A stretch of DNA of 62,898 bases, filler included, from Aduncisulcus paluster (GCA_024181965.1; 9 parts of 9 records of this genome joined end to end with filler, not necessarily neighbours in it); one strand, 5' to 3'; positions 1-11,301 are shown, counted from the first letter of the whole stretch. Translations and numbers: made by a program. Notes: a model not told the origin generated them from the letters alone.

Positions 1-612
1 GTTGTCGATACAGTAGGTCATCTCAGAGTTCTCAACCAACTGGTGGATGGAGAGGGTAGCGTTGTAAGGCTCAACAACGACATCAGACACCTTGGGGGAG
101 GGAACGACAGAGTAGGAGCTCATGACACGGTCGGGGTATTCCTCACGGATCTTGGCCATAAGAAGGGTACCCATACCGGAACCAGTACCTCCTCCGAGAG
201 AGTGGCAGAGTTGGAAACCTTGGAGGCAATCACAGCTCTCAGCTTCCTTACGGATAACATCGAGGACGGCATCAACGAGCTCAGCACCTTCAGTGTAGTG
301 ACCCTTGGCCCAGTTGTTACCAGCTCCGGTCTGACCGAAGACGAAGTTGTCAGGACGGAAAAGTTGACCGAAAGGACCAGCACGGACAGAGTCCATGGTT
401 CCGGGCTCAAGATCAACAAGAACGGCACGGGGAACGTAACGACCACCAGTGGCCTCGTTGTAGTAAACGTTGATACGCTCAAGTTGGAGATCAGAGTCAC
501 CATCGTAGGCACCAGCGGGGTCGACACCATGTTCGTCGGAAATAACTTCCCAGAACTTGGCACCAATCTGGTTACCACATTGACCGGCTTGGATGTGAAC
601 GATTTCTCTCAT
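1..612 (-). CDS. TUBB: beta-tubulin, 5' part (runs off window start)
   Basis: Manual minus-strand translation from ATG 612: [29 protein letters not shown]...[16 protein letters not shown]...[14 protein letters not shown]...[13 protein letters not shown]-track entries 43..630 and 120..578 are shadow frames of this gene. Confidence 0.98.
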   Translation of the reverse strand, partial: MREIVHIQAGQCGNQIGAKFWEVISDEHGVDPAGAYDGDSDLQLERINVYYNEATGGRYVPRAVLVDLEPGTMDSVRAGPFGQLFRPDNFVFGQTGAGNNWAKGHYTEGAELVDAVLDVIRKEAESCDCLQGFQLCHSLGGGTGSGMGTLLMAKIREEYPDRVMSSYSVVPSPKVSDVVVEPYNATLSIHQLVENSEMTYCIDN

Positions 613-689
613 CTAAACAGAAGAAAATAAATAAGTATTGCCACAAAAATGCATTAAATAAGCACAAAAGAACAAAAATTTGCACATAC
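613..689 (-). other. putative 77-nt spliceosomal intron in the beta-tubulin 5' UTR, ending immediately before ATG
   Basis: Minus strand reads GTATGT (689-684), a T-rich body, then TTTTCTTCTGTTTAG|ATG. Confidence 0.6.
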
Positions 690-1068
690 TGATTAAGTGT
701 AGATCAAATAATGAACGAAATGGGAGAATTTCTTCGTCAAATTTTGTTCTATTTTAATCATTTTTTCTCATTTGTCAAGTGTTCAAAGAAATTCAAAAGA
801 AAAAATGGTAAAAAGGGCAATAACTTTGAACCAATAGATAAAATAATATTTTTTGAATTGTGCATTATTTACCAAAAGCCCAACACGAAAATCGGCAATA
901 ATAAAGAATTAAAAGAAATATTTGGAGTTTTATTGAAGATATTTCCCAAAATACAAATAAATATCTCATCATTTCTTTGCATTAATTAACAGAACTGTAG
1001 TCCACCTTGTCAGATCGATGACAATGTAATTGGAAGTTCTAGGTAATTTGTTGCGAGATTATTGAGCA

Positions 1069-3489
1069 ATGGAAAGAGTTAAACCCGAATCAGAAGGGAT
1101 TAAATGGAGAAATCTCTCATCAGATGTTGTTGAAGAGGCGAAAAGGAAAGACATGCCAATATTTGTGTATGACGGATATACTGCATGTTATTGGTGTCGT
1201 GAGATTGAAAAGAATGTATTTTCAGATCTTGATGTGATACAAAGTATTAATTCTCGTTTCATCCCCTGTAAAGTTGACAAAATAGAACACCCAGAAATTG
1301 ACTCCATATTAATCACAACTTGCACTCTTCTAAATGGTTGTGGAGGCTGGCCATTATGTGCTGTATTGGATCATCAAGGAATTCCATTCTTCTCTTTTTT
1401 ATATCAACCATTGGATCATTTTAAGAAAACTATTGATAATATTTTTAACACGTGGAATAGCAATCGCGATCAAATTCAGCAGATTTGTTCGTCTCTAAAG
1501 CGTATGCTTGAAGCTCGTCTCGGAGATCCTGTGGTGCCAAGTCCTATTATTACTGAGAAAGCTAGAAAAGAGAATTTGATTGGTGAATCTTCAATATTGA
1601 AAAGGCACAGACATTCAAGAAAACTTCCAAATGGAATGAGAACATTCATTAAGTTTAAAGAGGAGCTCGAAGGAAGATTTTCAGAAGCATGCCCCACTCT
1701 ATCTCCTATTGGCTCTCCAAATTTCCCACAAGTTAACGAGTTGCTGGCACTCATTGCATCAACCTCACCAATGGATCCGAGTATTGCCCACTTGGTTGTC
1801 CGTACGCTCGAAACAATGATGGATTCAGCCATCCACGATCGAATTGGTGGTGGTTTCTTCAGGTATACTTCAGATCGGGAATGGAAATTGCCTCATTTCG
1901 AGAAGATGTTATACTCCAATGCAGGATTGATGGCCTGTTATGCGCTTGCTGGACAACAATATGACAGACCAGATTTCGTTCGAGTAGCGGAGAGGATTTT
2001 GATGTGGATGGATGAAGAAATGAGAGTCACGGATGAAAGGGGAGATTTTGCAGGATATGCAGCTTCTCTTGATGGATTTGATGACCATGGAGAAGGTTCT
2101 TATTACATGTGGGATAGCGGTTTGTTGAAGAAAATCTTGGGCAAAGAGGATAGCGTGGATGCTTGTCTCATGTGGGGAATTGTGGCAAAGAAAGATGAAG
2201 AGGAGGAACCTTCATTGAGTCAAGGCGAAGAAGGGCAAGAAATGCCTGGAGAATTGCAGCCTTCCAAAGAAGAGGAGATTGAGATGATTAGGAAGGAAGA
2301 AAGACGAAGGAAACATCTGGCAGCTCAGAAAGATTTGATGCGATCAATGAGATTCTCAAATTATCTTCCTCACCCATTCAGCTCTCCAGCATTTGGAGTT
2401 TTATCAGCCGAAGGCAGAATGACACAGAGGACGACGGAAATATCGTGGTGTGAGAGGCTAAGAGAATGGAGGAAAACTCATCGTAAATTGCCAAACCGAG
2501 ATGACAAAACTGTAACAGCTTGGAATGCTTTGGTGCTTCGAGGTGTAGCTGCTCTTGCATGTGTTACCGGAAAAGAAGAATATACCATGAAAGTTTATGA
2601 GTTATATAACTTCTTGAACACAAGAATCGAAAGACCTTTGACAGTCATGAGGTTAGATGGTATCCCTGGACATGTTAACGACTTTGGTTGTCTTGCTGTT
2701 GGATTATTGGCTGGTTATAGAGCAACTGGAGATGTAAAATTCGTTCGAGATGCAATGGAAGTTATTGTTGAAGCATATCATCGTTTGAGAGCTCCCGATG
2801 GAGGATTTTACACGAGTTCACGTTCCCCCTTGTTGTTCTTGAGGAGCAGAGAGGTATGTGATAGTGCTATTCCATCTGGTCAGAGTAGTATTGCAATGGC
2901 CTGTATTCGTCTCTTCCAGCTCACTTCAGACTACAAGTGGCATCGAATATGTGAGGATATTCTCTTCTCTTCATTGACATTCCTTGAGACAATGCCAACT
3001 TCCACTCCCACCCTTGTAAGGGTTCTTAAGGAGATGAGTCGTCCTTCCAGTTGTGTTCTGGTCAGTGGAGAGAAAGTAGAGAAGCAACAACAAGAAATAT
3101 GCAAGATTGTTCGTTCAGTCACACCTCCAAGATATTCAATCATTTCTTTGGCCGAGGCAGACGAGATGGGTTGGGCGTTGGCTGTTCGGTATCGCCATGA
3201 ATTCTTCCCAAGAGTTATTGTAGAAGTTGGAGCCGTTGAACAATTCAGGGAGAACGCTGAAGAGATTGTGAGAGATGATGGCGCTTTCTTTAAGAGTGAA
3301 TTATGGAGAATTGAAAGAATAATGGATGACAATGAATCAATTGAAATTGATGAGAAGATGGAGAAGCCATTAGAACCAAAAGAAAGGACTCATGAAGAAA
3401 CAATTCCCGGAAAAGGTGAGATCGAAAGAGAGATTCTAACGGCAGAAGGTGTTGATGAAGCAGCTGGGCTCGATTCCCCGGTAGTTTAA
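1069..3489 (+). CDS. SPATA20/YyaL-like protein (thioredoxin-like DUF255 domain plus six-hairpin glycosidase-like domain)
   Basis: Motifs GYTACYWC, GGWPL, HDRIGGGFFRY..D..W.LPHFEKMLY.NA, RDDK..TAWNAL, D.AIPSG.S. Confidence 0.9.
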   Translation: MERVKPESEGIKWRNLSSDVVEEAKRKDMPIFVYDGYTACYWCREIEKNVFSDLDVIQSINSRFIPCKVDKIEHPEIDSILITTCTLLNGCGGWPLCAVLDHQGIPFFSFLYQPLDHFKKTIDNIFNTWNSNRDQIQQICSSLKRMLEARLGDPVVPSPIITEKARKENLIGESSILKRHRHSRKLPNGMRTFIKFKEELEGRFSEACPTLSPIGSPNFPQVNELLALIASTSPMDPSIAHLVVRTLETMMDSAIHDRIGGGFFRYTSDREWKLPHFEKMLYSNAGLMACYALAGQQYDRPDFVRVAERILMWMDEEMRVTDERGDFAGYAASLDGFDDHGEGSYYMWDSGLLKKILGKEDSVDACLMWGIVAKKDEEEEPSLSQGEEGQEMPGELQPSKEEEIEMIRKEERRRKHLAAQKDLMRSMRFSNYLPHPFSSPAFGVLSAEGRMTQRTTEISWCERLREWRKTHRKLPNRDDKTVTAWNALVLRGVAALACVTGKEEYTMKVYELYNFLNTRIERPLTVMRLDGIPGHVNDFGCLAVGLLAGYRATGDVKFVRDAMEVIVEAYHRLRAPDGGFYTSSRSPLLFLRSREVCDSAIPSGQSSIAMACIRLFQLTSDYKWHRICEDILFSSLTFLETMPTSTPTLVRVLKEMSRPSSCVLVSGEKVEKQQQEICKIVRSVTPPRYSIISLAEADEMGWALAVRYRHEFFPRVIVEVGAVEQFRENAEEIVRDDGAFFKSELWRIERIMDDNESIEIDEKMEKPLEPKERTHEETIPGKGEIEREILTAEGVDEAAGLDSPVV

Positions 3490-3994
3490 GAGAACAATGT
3501 TATATGATTATATTGTATCATCAAAATGAATTAATCTAAAACAGTAAATCTTGATAAATGCAATAAAAATATATAATATAACAACAACAATGCTACGTCG
3601 ATCCATAAAACAATCATAATGAAACAACTAAAATGACATAGAAAACATTGGAATCAACTTTAAATTATATCTAACATTAACTTGTTTAAAAATTACTGCC
3701 ACAAAAACAATTCATATATGTAAAATTGTGCGTACAATGACAAATAAATGAATACACCTGAAATCAATCTTGGCAATGATGAAATATCATTTGAAATAAA
3801 GTTTACTATATGGCTAACAGACAAATATAATATATAAATTAAAAAAATCAGACTAAAAAACACAGGTAAAAAAAAGCCCAAATAAAACCATAAAAATGGT
3901 TCGAATAGAAGAATAAAAGAATATTTATAACTAATATTCTCTAAAATATGCTTGAAAATAATTTGTGGATTTAAGATAAAAGGTGCAAAATGAC

Positions 3995-6900
3995 TTACAC
4001 TTCACCTCCCTTGATAACATAGTGTCCAAAAGCAGGATATCCGTAAGGAAAAGCACTCAATTCGATTAGAATGTTTCTCAAAGTTCCAAAATGAGCCTGT
4101 ATACCGTATCTTTCTTCGTCATCACTTCCTTGAAGCACCATATCATGTACAAGTGCACACCAAGCAGCGTGAATATGAGTTGGAGACATGGCAAAACTTG
4201 AATATATGTGTGTTTCAGGTGTGGCTCTAATCCCTCCTGGCTGTCCATCCTCCCGTTTATAATAACTTGATAAGATGGGAACAACATTCAACCATTCATT
4301 ATGATCAAAGAGACCTCCATCCCTTGAAGTGGTCGTTGAAGTTGATGTATCAGACGACTCTACACTAGTTTGGGACGAAGAGGAAGAAGATTTCATTGTT
4401 GAATGGCGTTTGGAATTCATCTTCATCTCTCTGAGTATAACACCCACTGATTCTTTATGAACACTCGCTGGAGCGACGACACACAGGAAATCATCCTGTC
4501 CATCTTGGACATACTCAATCACAGTAGCCATGTCTATTCCACTCACTTCTTCTCCGTTGAGAACACACGACACACACATGGAGAGACCAAGCCTGAGAGA
4601 GACGGTGAGAATATACGAGGTCAACGATGAGAAAGAGAGCGAACAAAGTGGTGGGATGGTCCCTGAAGATAAGCACAGTGGGAGCATCGCATCTTCCTCT
4701 TTCTGGATGGATTTGGGGAGGAGTCCAACGAATGAGGCTATAGTATCACGTAGAATCAGGGATATTCCATCATCTTCGTTCGGAATAATAACTTCATCGG
4801 AACTATCGGAGGCTATAGAGTGGATATCAATGCCTTCAGAAAAGACCTGAAGCAGAGAATCAACGTCAGAAAAAGAAGAACCGTGGTTGTATATAATGGC
4901 AAAGGCATCGTGAATGGAGCCACGCGGGTGGTGTGCACGGAAAAGGGAAGGGAAGAGGGACTTAAAGGTGCTGGCTGCCTGTAATCTCTTGGGAAATACA
5001 GAAGAGAGAGGAGGAGCATCAGACTTGAAGGGCACGGCTTTCTTCTCCAAATATTCGCAGAGTTTGCTGCTCAAATCGGAATCTATCTCGCGTAACTTAT
5101 TCAGAACAAGACAAACACACAGTGTGACACAAATAGGAAGGTCGTGAGAAAGAGTATGAGGGCTTGTAATAATTCCCGTCAGAGAGAACAAGGAAGGAGA
5201 GAGAGATTGAAGGGAAACATCGAACAAATGTGAGAATGCTGTCACTTCAGAGCAACATGAATGATTGCTATCATCTTCATCATCGTGAGGAAGATGGTTT
5301 CCTTCTTCAGAATCCAAACCGATATGGGGAGAATCGGTATGAGATCTTGAGTATTTGGGGGAAGATGGATCAGAATAATCCTCAACGACCACACGAGAAT
5401 CAACAGCTTCACTTGAAGAGCTCTTTTTCTTCTTTTCAAGGGCATTCTTTTCTGCCTCTTTCCTTTCTCTTCTCTTCTCCCTTCTGGATGCTTTTTCCTC
5501 CATTCTCTTCTGGCGGTTTTCCCGCAATGTATCCAGCTTACCTTGTTCCTTTGCATGGCAGCTCGTCGGTTCTTTCATCTCTCCACCACACACCGAGGCA
5601 GACACTCCATGTCTCTCGAGAGGATGCTGGAGAGAGCAGAGGAGGAGACTAGAATGTTGGAAAAGGGCGACCGAGTTGTGCATTCGGGCGGACAGCATGA
5701 GGGAGTCAAGACAACCTGACTGGAACAGCAGTACAAGAGAGGAAGCCAGGGAAGATGAGAGGGTCGAATAAGCAACAATAGAGGGCGATGGAGCGTAATG
5801 CTGGAATGGAACAGGTTGTTCAAGATCAGAGGATTCATCATCTTCATCATGTGTTGAGTTACTGATCTCTTCCCTGAATTTTTGATCTCCTTTCTTCTTC
5901 TTGGGACTGATGACAAGGGGAGGCAGCTGGCCTTTAAGCTTTCTCGATGGAACGTGGTTCTTTGAAGAATTCTTTGAAGAATATGTGCTCCTTTGTTTCT
6001 TATCACCGTGACGAGGAGAGGAGGAGGAAGAAGAAGAGGAGAGTTTATCTGAATCCAATTCCAAGTGATTTTGAATAATTTTCTCACCACAACTATTAGA
6101 AGCCATAATAGAGTCATCCATACTGATTATTTGTGAGAAACTTGTTCTATTTTTAGAAGAAGATGGATCAGAGTCAATGCAATTCAACAGTGAGTAATCA
6201 ACTTTCAACTCCTTATTCATGACCTTTGATTTCATTGGAAACCCAGTCGGAGGCCTTGGAAAAGAAGGAATGAAGGTGGGAAACGAGAATAGAGTTGTGA
6301 AAGTGAGAGGAAGAAGAGCACATAATATTAGAGATACGAAGGAAAGAGGAGTAAGGAGAATGGAGACAATTATCATCACTTTGTGAGTGGAGGTTTTTTC
6401 CTCAAACTTTACACACCCATGCCACACTGATACTATAAATAGAAACATCTCAATAATTCTTTGGATAGCATGTGCACAATACAAGGCCAAGAGAGGAGAC
6501 ATTGACAGTAATATTTGGAGAGCGTTGTCCGAGAGGTTGATAGATGAAGATGAATAGATTGCTGGAATAATGATCCTTGTGAAAAGTGGGGAAAGGACAA
6601 GAATCGAACTCGTAGTCTTGCATTCACGTAATGACATGTTAAAGGTCACAAACATTGAGAGAAGGGTGAGATATATCGATGTGTTTGAAGGGGTTGATTC
6701 GAATTTATCAAAATGAATGCAAGAGAAGAAGAAAACACATAAGAAAGGAAACACGATCTTGCACAGGTATGAAGCAATGTATCCAACTTTCACAACAGAA
6801 CTCAACAGAACATGAGAATCATTTCCATTATTTGAGGATGTTTTAGAAATGTTTGATAATTTGGAGATTTGGGAGAGAATTGTCAAGAAAAGCCACACTA

Positions 6901-7945
6901 TGCCACCACTAGCAACACAGAGAATGGTGGAATTGGTATCAGAACCTAGTACAAAGGGACTCCAAGTGGGAGGAGACGACATTGAATTTCTTAGTAACGC
7001 AATTCCAACAGCCGCAGCAAGCATTATGATATCAATACACCAGGACAGCACAGAAGTGTGTGATAAGGTGTGTAGGGATTGTGAGACAAGGGTAATCACA
7101 ATGGATAATGCAAGAGTATAGAAAATAAGGGTGTCGAATCTCACATCAAGTGTCGTGGCAGACACTCCAAGAAATTCAACTCCATCCGTCAGAATAATGT
7201 TTAGATAACGCCAGGGAACAATAAGGATGAGAACCAATGAGATAATAACTACAATAATTGTGCGAATAGAAGGAAAAAGTCCAGTATTTCCACTAATTCC
7301 GAGGAGAATGCAGCATGAATGAACAAAACACTGCCAACAGACATATAACGGGGGTAAGAATCCTAATTCTGAAGCAATAGATATTATAATAAGTATTAGT
7401 GGAAGGAATAAACCAGTATTAAAAGATGAAGCGGTGCCATCAAGTGAGTAATGAATTGATAAGACAATAATAGCCTGAAGGAGAGTGTAAGCAACACTAT
7501 CCCATTTGATGGGGATGTAACTTCCCAATCTGGGGAAAGATCCAAAACAAAAATTCTTAAGGGTCAAACTAGAGGAGAGGGAAAAAATCACACATGAGAA
7601 AACACACAGAACAGGATATTCTGAACGATATTCATCAATGATACCTATTACAAAAGTACATAAACCGGCAAAAATCGACGTAAACAATATATAAATTATC
7701 ATTACAGGGGTAGAATTCGGATTCTTAAAAAACAGATTCTTGAACTTGAATGAGAACGAAAAACTATCCTCATTATCTTTAATTGATTTTAAATTGAAAA
7801 TCAGAAATAAAACGGTAAAATATATAAGATTTACCAATGTTGCAATCGAAACCGACAACTCCGTTTTTAACTCTGCAAAAATAGGGATCAACAGGGTTGG
7901 AAATGGTAAAATAGCAATTATTATGGCAAGTATATATTCGAACAT
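3995..7945 (-). CDS. pecanex-like multi-pass membrane protein (PCNX4-like)
   Basis: Many N-terminal TM helices; FIPSFPRP; E..EPTSCH..E; C-terminal DDEERYGIQAH..TLRNI......PYGYP resembling the pecanex C-terminal signature. Confidence 0.8.
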   Translation of the reverse strand: MFEYILAIIIAILPFPTLLIPIFAELKTELSVSIATLVNLIYFTVLFLIFNLKSIKDNEDSFSFSFKFKNLFFKNPNSTPVMIIYILFTSIFAGLCTFVIGIIDEYRSEYPVLCVFSCVIFSLSSSLTLKNFCFGSFPRLGSYIPIKWDSVAYTLLQAIIVLSIHYSLDGTASSFNTGLFLPLILIIISIASELGFLPPLYVCWQCFVHSCCILLGISGNTGLFPSIRTIIVVIISLVLILIVPWRYLNIILTDGVEFLGVSATTLDVRFDTLIFYTLALSIVITLVSQSLHTLSHTSVLSWCIDIIMLAAAVGIALLRNSMSSPPTWSPFVLGSDTNSTILCVASGGIVWLFLTILSQISKLSNISKTSSNNGNDSHVLLSSVVKVGYIASYLCKIVFPFLCVFFFSCIHFDKFESTPSNTSIYLTLLSMFVTFNMSLRECKTTSSILVLSPLFTRIIIPAIYSSSSINLSDNALQILLSMSPLLALYCAHAIQRIIEMFLFIVSVWHGCVKFEEKTSTHKVMIIVSILLTPLSFVSLILCALLPLTFTTLFSFPTFIPSFPRPPTGFPMKSKVMNKELKVDYSLLNCIDSDPSSSKNRTSFSQIISMDDSIMASNSCGEKIIQNHLELDSDKLSSSSSSSSPRHGDKKQRSTYSSKNSSKNHVPSRKLKGQLPPLVISPKKKKGDQKFREEISNSTHDEDDESSDLEQPVPFQHYAPSPSIVAYSTLSSSLASSLVLLFQSGCLDSLMLSARMHNSVALFQHSSLLLCSLQHPLERHGVSASVCGGEMKEPTSCHAKEQGKLDTLRENRQKRMEEKASRREKRRERKEAEKNALEKKKKSSSSEAVDSRVVVEDYSDPSSPKYSRSHTDSPHIGLDSEEGNHLPHDDEDDSNHSCCSEVTAFSHLFDVSLQSLSPSLFSLTGIITSPHTLSHDLPICVTLCVCLVLNKLREIDSDLSSKLCEYLEKKAVPFKSDAPPLSSVFPKRLQAASTFKSLFPSLFRAHHPRGSIHDAFAIIYNHGSSFSDVDSLLQVFSEGIDIHSIASDSSDEVIIPNEDDGISLILRDTIASFVGLLPKSIQKEEDAMLPLCLSSGTIPPLCSLSFSSLTSYILTVSLRLGLSMCVSCVLNGEEVSGIDMATVIEYVQDGQDDFLCVVAPASVHKESVGVILREMKMNSKRHSTMKSSSSSSQTSVESSDTSTSTTTSRDGGLFDHNEWLNVVPILSSYYKREDGQPGGIRATPETHIYSSFAMSPTHIHAAWCALVHDMVLQGSDDEERYGIQAHFGTLRNILIELSAFPYGYPAFGHYVIKGGEV

Positions 7946-8154
7946 CTGTTATTATTTTCTTTGTATGGATCCAAACTGGTCAAAATGCAGTATTTTTTCC
8001 ACAAGTCGATGTATTAAAGTTATTCCATAGAAACTTGGGTGAGTTAATTAGTATTACAGAAATATGAAAATGTTGTTGTTTATTTTTCTCGAATTCAATT
8101 GGAAAAAGGAGGAAGGACCATTTCAATTGATTAGCTAAATATGTATTAAAATTC

Positions 8155-8832
8155 TTAGAATTTGCATTGGCAGACAATTGGAAAAAGTATCTTTAATAAC
8201 ATTTTATGCCCACCAGGTCCTCCTCTTCCCATCATTTTGATATATCTTTTACCGACATCGAAGGCAGGGAAAGATCTTCCAGGAAGAACACCAAAAGCCT
8301 TCATATGAACAGATTGATTTTCTTTGTCATCAATGGTGGGAAATTCACCACCAGAAGCACTTATTAATTTCGCTTTCATCCTTTCAGATGTAACTGCTTC
8401 ATAGAATGCAGCAACATTGACATCGAAGGGTAATTGTAGAGTTGATGATGAATTTGTTGTTTTAAAATTTGTGATTTGAACTTTTTCGAACTTTGGAACT
8501 GATCTAACAACAGCTGCAACAGACCGAAGTGCATATAGAGCAGTTCGAATATTTGACGTATTAATGGTACTAATTGAACCCGATGATGTCACCTCTACAA
8601 TCGGATCTCCTTCTCCAGGACGTGTTGTGCAAGGAAGCACCTTAAGAGGAACAACAACTTTTAATTTTCCACTGGATTCATCCAGAATACAATTTATGAA
8701 GTAATATGCAAGATCTTGGAGGTCAAGTTTCGAATCAGATATCCCACTTAACCTTGCAGCGACTGTATGTTTTGAAAACTTTAATTCGGGTAAAAGGGTT
8801 TCATATAAATGATCAATATGTGCTCTATCCAT
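8155..8832 (-). CDS. highly divergent TATA-binding-protein-like protein
   Basis: Colinear matches to the TBP core: KLDLQDLA, VTSSGSI, ALYALRSVAAVVRSV, ITNFKTTNSSSTLQLPFDVNV, LKILFPIV. First ATG at 8832; the ORF track starts at GTG 8910. Confidence 0.6.
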   Translation of the reverse strand: MDRAHIDHLYETLLPELKFSKHTVAARLSGISDSKLDLQDLAYYFINCILDESSGKLKVVVPLKVLPCTTRPGEGDPIVEVTSSGSISTINTSNIRTALYALRSVAAVVRSVPKFEKVQITNFKTTNSSSTLQLPFDVNVAAFYEAVTSERMKAKLISASGGEFPTIDDKENQSVHMKAFGVLPGRSFPAFDVGKRYIKMMGRGGPGGHKMLLKILFPIVCQCKF

Positions 8833-9205
8833 ATATGAGAAATTGTAAACGCTATTGAAATATATGGCAGGATCAAAGGTGCCACGAAAAAGCAAAATTG
8901 TTTTTTTCACTCACCAGAACAATGATGGGATGAGGCAATTCGAATGCCAGGTCAAATATAATTTTGACCCATTATTAGGTATTTGGATGATTAAATGAAA
9001 ATCATGGTATAAATTGATATTAATGGTTTTGAATCGAACAAAATACCCAGGGGCATGAAAGCCTTCCGTTCGACGGTGTATCATGTTATACATGGATTAT
9101 TTTTCCAGAAAAAAAATTTTAGTGGGTTGATTATTGGATATTTTGAATCTATTATAAAGGGGATTCATGTTGTTACCGCCAAAGATTATCTTGTCTTGTT
9201 GAGTG

Positions 9206-10579
9206 ATGGAGGATAATTGGGTTGATTTATTAACTGAAAAATCACGAGATTTGGATCGTGTCATTGCAGCTTGTAATGCTAATATGAAGGAAAGGCTCTC
9301 TTGTGTGGCTGACGTGAAAAAATCAATTAAAGATGCCAAGAGTTCTCTAAAAAATGTTCATTCCAAGGTCAAAAAGGGAGCTATATCATCTCCTTTGACT
9401 CATAAACAAAATGAATTGATTGATAATCTTGAAAAGAAACTCGATGTTGCTGGTCATTTATTACCTGGTGAATCTCACTTTCTTTTATCATTATTATTCG
9501 GAGGAATGAATGTAAAAATGCCTCAAATGTCTGACCGGATCAAATATAAGCGGAATTTCGAAGAATATAAAGCTAAGGGATCCTATGTCTTTTTAATTTT
9601 AGCCGCTCTATGTGTGATTTTGAATAGACCTTTCCTTGATGCTGCATCAATGGCAGCATTTGCTATATATTATATAATTATAACGGTTCGTTCTCTTATC
9701 CTTTTGGCAAATGGATCTAAAATTCGAACTTGGTGGTTGATTCATCATGTAATATCTGCTATCATTGCCATTTTGTTATGTTCATGGCCTGCAGCCGCGT
9801 CTACATATGCTTTTTCTCGAGTTTTAATGATTGGTTTCAATTCATATGCCAGTCTCATTTCTATTCTTCAGACCAAGTATCAGATGGCACGTATATACAC
9901 TTTGACAGCACTTGCTCGTGTTGATCCTATGACATTAACATCAAATGAAACTTTGTTACCTCGTAAAAAGATCACAATGCGTGGTCTTGTTCCATTCCTC
10001 GTTATTGCTCATATTTTGCAGGGACTAATTGGATTGGCACTGATTTGTCTATTTTTAGGGGCTAAAAATCTCGGTGTTGACGAGGATAAAGGTGTTAATA
10101 CCCATGGCTTTTTTGGATCTTTGTTCCAAACCTTACTTCATCTTCCCCAGCGGGTGGTTTCTCCTTCCTTTGGACAACAGAAAGAATCGTATGCTATGAA
10201 GGTTGCCAGTGCGACCATTGATGATGAGAAGTGTATTTCTGTTCTAACTGGTGAAGGATATTGCATTGAACGTATTCCTACTTTTGCTCGATGGGTGGGT
10301 TCCCTTGCCACGATGATGAAGCAACGTTTGCCTAAATTCATGATGGAGCACGCTGATCTTGATTATCTTTTCGTCGGAGAGGCTCCATACCAATGTTTCT
10401 TTGTTGGAGTGTTGATGCTTGTCGTTTCTATTGGTAATTATTCAACAGTTCTCGCTGTCACCATCAAGAGGATTGTCCAGTGGGTGAGTCGCAGGAGAGA
10501 AATGGGATTTCGAAATGGAACGATGACTATTTCAGCAGAGAATAGTGAAGATAGTGATACCCATGCCCGTATGCAATAG
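9206..10579 (+). CDS. TMEM120/TMPIT family membrane protein
   Basis: N-terminal coiled coil; LFGGMNV....DRIKYK..FE.YK; NGSKIRTWWLIHH; LQTKYQ..R.Y.L.AL. Confidence 0.88.
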   Translation: MEDNWVDLLTEKSRDLDRVIAACNANMKERLSCVADVKKSIKDAKSSLKNVHSKVKKGAISSPLTHKQNELIDNLEKKLDVAGHLLPGESHFLLSLLFGGMNVKMPQMSDRIKYKRNFEEYKAKGSYVFLILAALCVILNRPFLDAASMAAFAIYYIIITVRSLILLANGSKIRTWWLIHHVISAIIAILLCSWPAAASTYAFSRVLMIGFNSYASLISILQTKYQMARIYTLTALARVDPMTLTSNETLLPRKKITMRGLVPFLVIAHILQGLIGLALICLFLGAKNLGVDEDKGVNTHGFFGSLFQTLLHLPQRVVSPSFGQQKESYAMKVASATIDDEKCISVLTGEGYCIERIPTFARWVGSLATMMKQRLPKFMMEHADLDYLFVGEAPYQCFFVGVLMLVVSIGNYSTVLAVTIKRIVQWVSRRREMGFRNGTMTISAENSEDSDTHARMQ

Positions 10580-11043
10580 AATTATCAATCGAATAGATAT
10601 GGAAATTATTATGAAACAATATTGAAAATTCTCTATTGTACCGAATTTATATCGCTTTCTATCTGGAGTTGTCCTTCAATATAACAACTCTAAACCTTTT
10701 CAAATTCGTCCCATTTGCGTTCTCATCAAATCTCTTATCTATTCATTCGATTCATTTCATGTTTTTATATTTTTTTGAATATTATACCCGGATTTTTTGA
10801 TTTTCTTATTATTATTTACAACCTTTATTAATAGATATCTTTGTTAATGCTCTGTTCTTTTTGTTGAAAAATGGTTTACCTATACTGTATAATCTTTCGT
10901 CTCGTTCGTGAATCATCATGCAATAAAAGTACTTCATTGACAAGAATTTACTATATTGGTGTTTCACAAGAGAGGAAGGTTGTGTTCCGTCGAAAAAAAC
11001 GAACCTCATTTCATGGATAGGAAATTTGAAAAATCAATTTCAA

Positions 11044-11127
11044 GCACGGATGGCCGAGTGGTCTAAGGCGCAAGACTAAGGATCTTGTGTGGATTACCAC
11101 GCGTGGGTTCGAATCCCACTTCGTGCA
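11044..11127 (+). tRNA. tRNA-Leu (anticodon AAG)
   Basis: Acceptor stem GCACGGA/TTCGTGC; D-arm TGGCCGAGTGGTCTAAGGC; anticodon arm CAAGA-CTAAGGA-TCTTG; long variable arm; T-arm GTGGGTTCGAATCCCAC; followed by a T run. Confidence 0.97.
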
Positions 11128-11301
11128 TTTTATTGAGACTAGTTTTCTATTTTTTCAATAACTCACTTTTTCCGATATTTAATATATATATTTGATCAAA
11201 ATTTGTTTGATAAATTAAAATTAGGCACAATTAAAAGAATTTTTGGAATAGTTGATTCTTCTTTTTTCCAACCGCGATTTTCTTGTAAAACGCAAACTTC
11301 A

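Noticed and set aside
43-630. 195-aa plus-strand ORF and other antisense ORFs over tubulin, MFS, pecanex and low-complexity genes
   Set aside because: Shadow ORFs caused by codon bias or repeats on the true coding strand.
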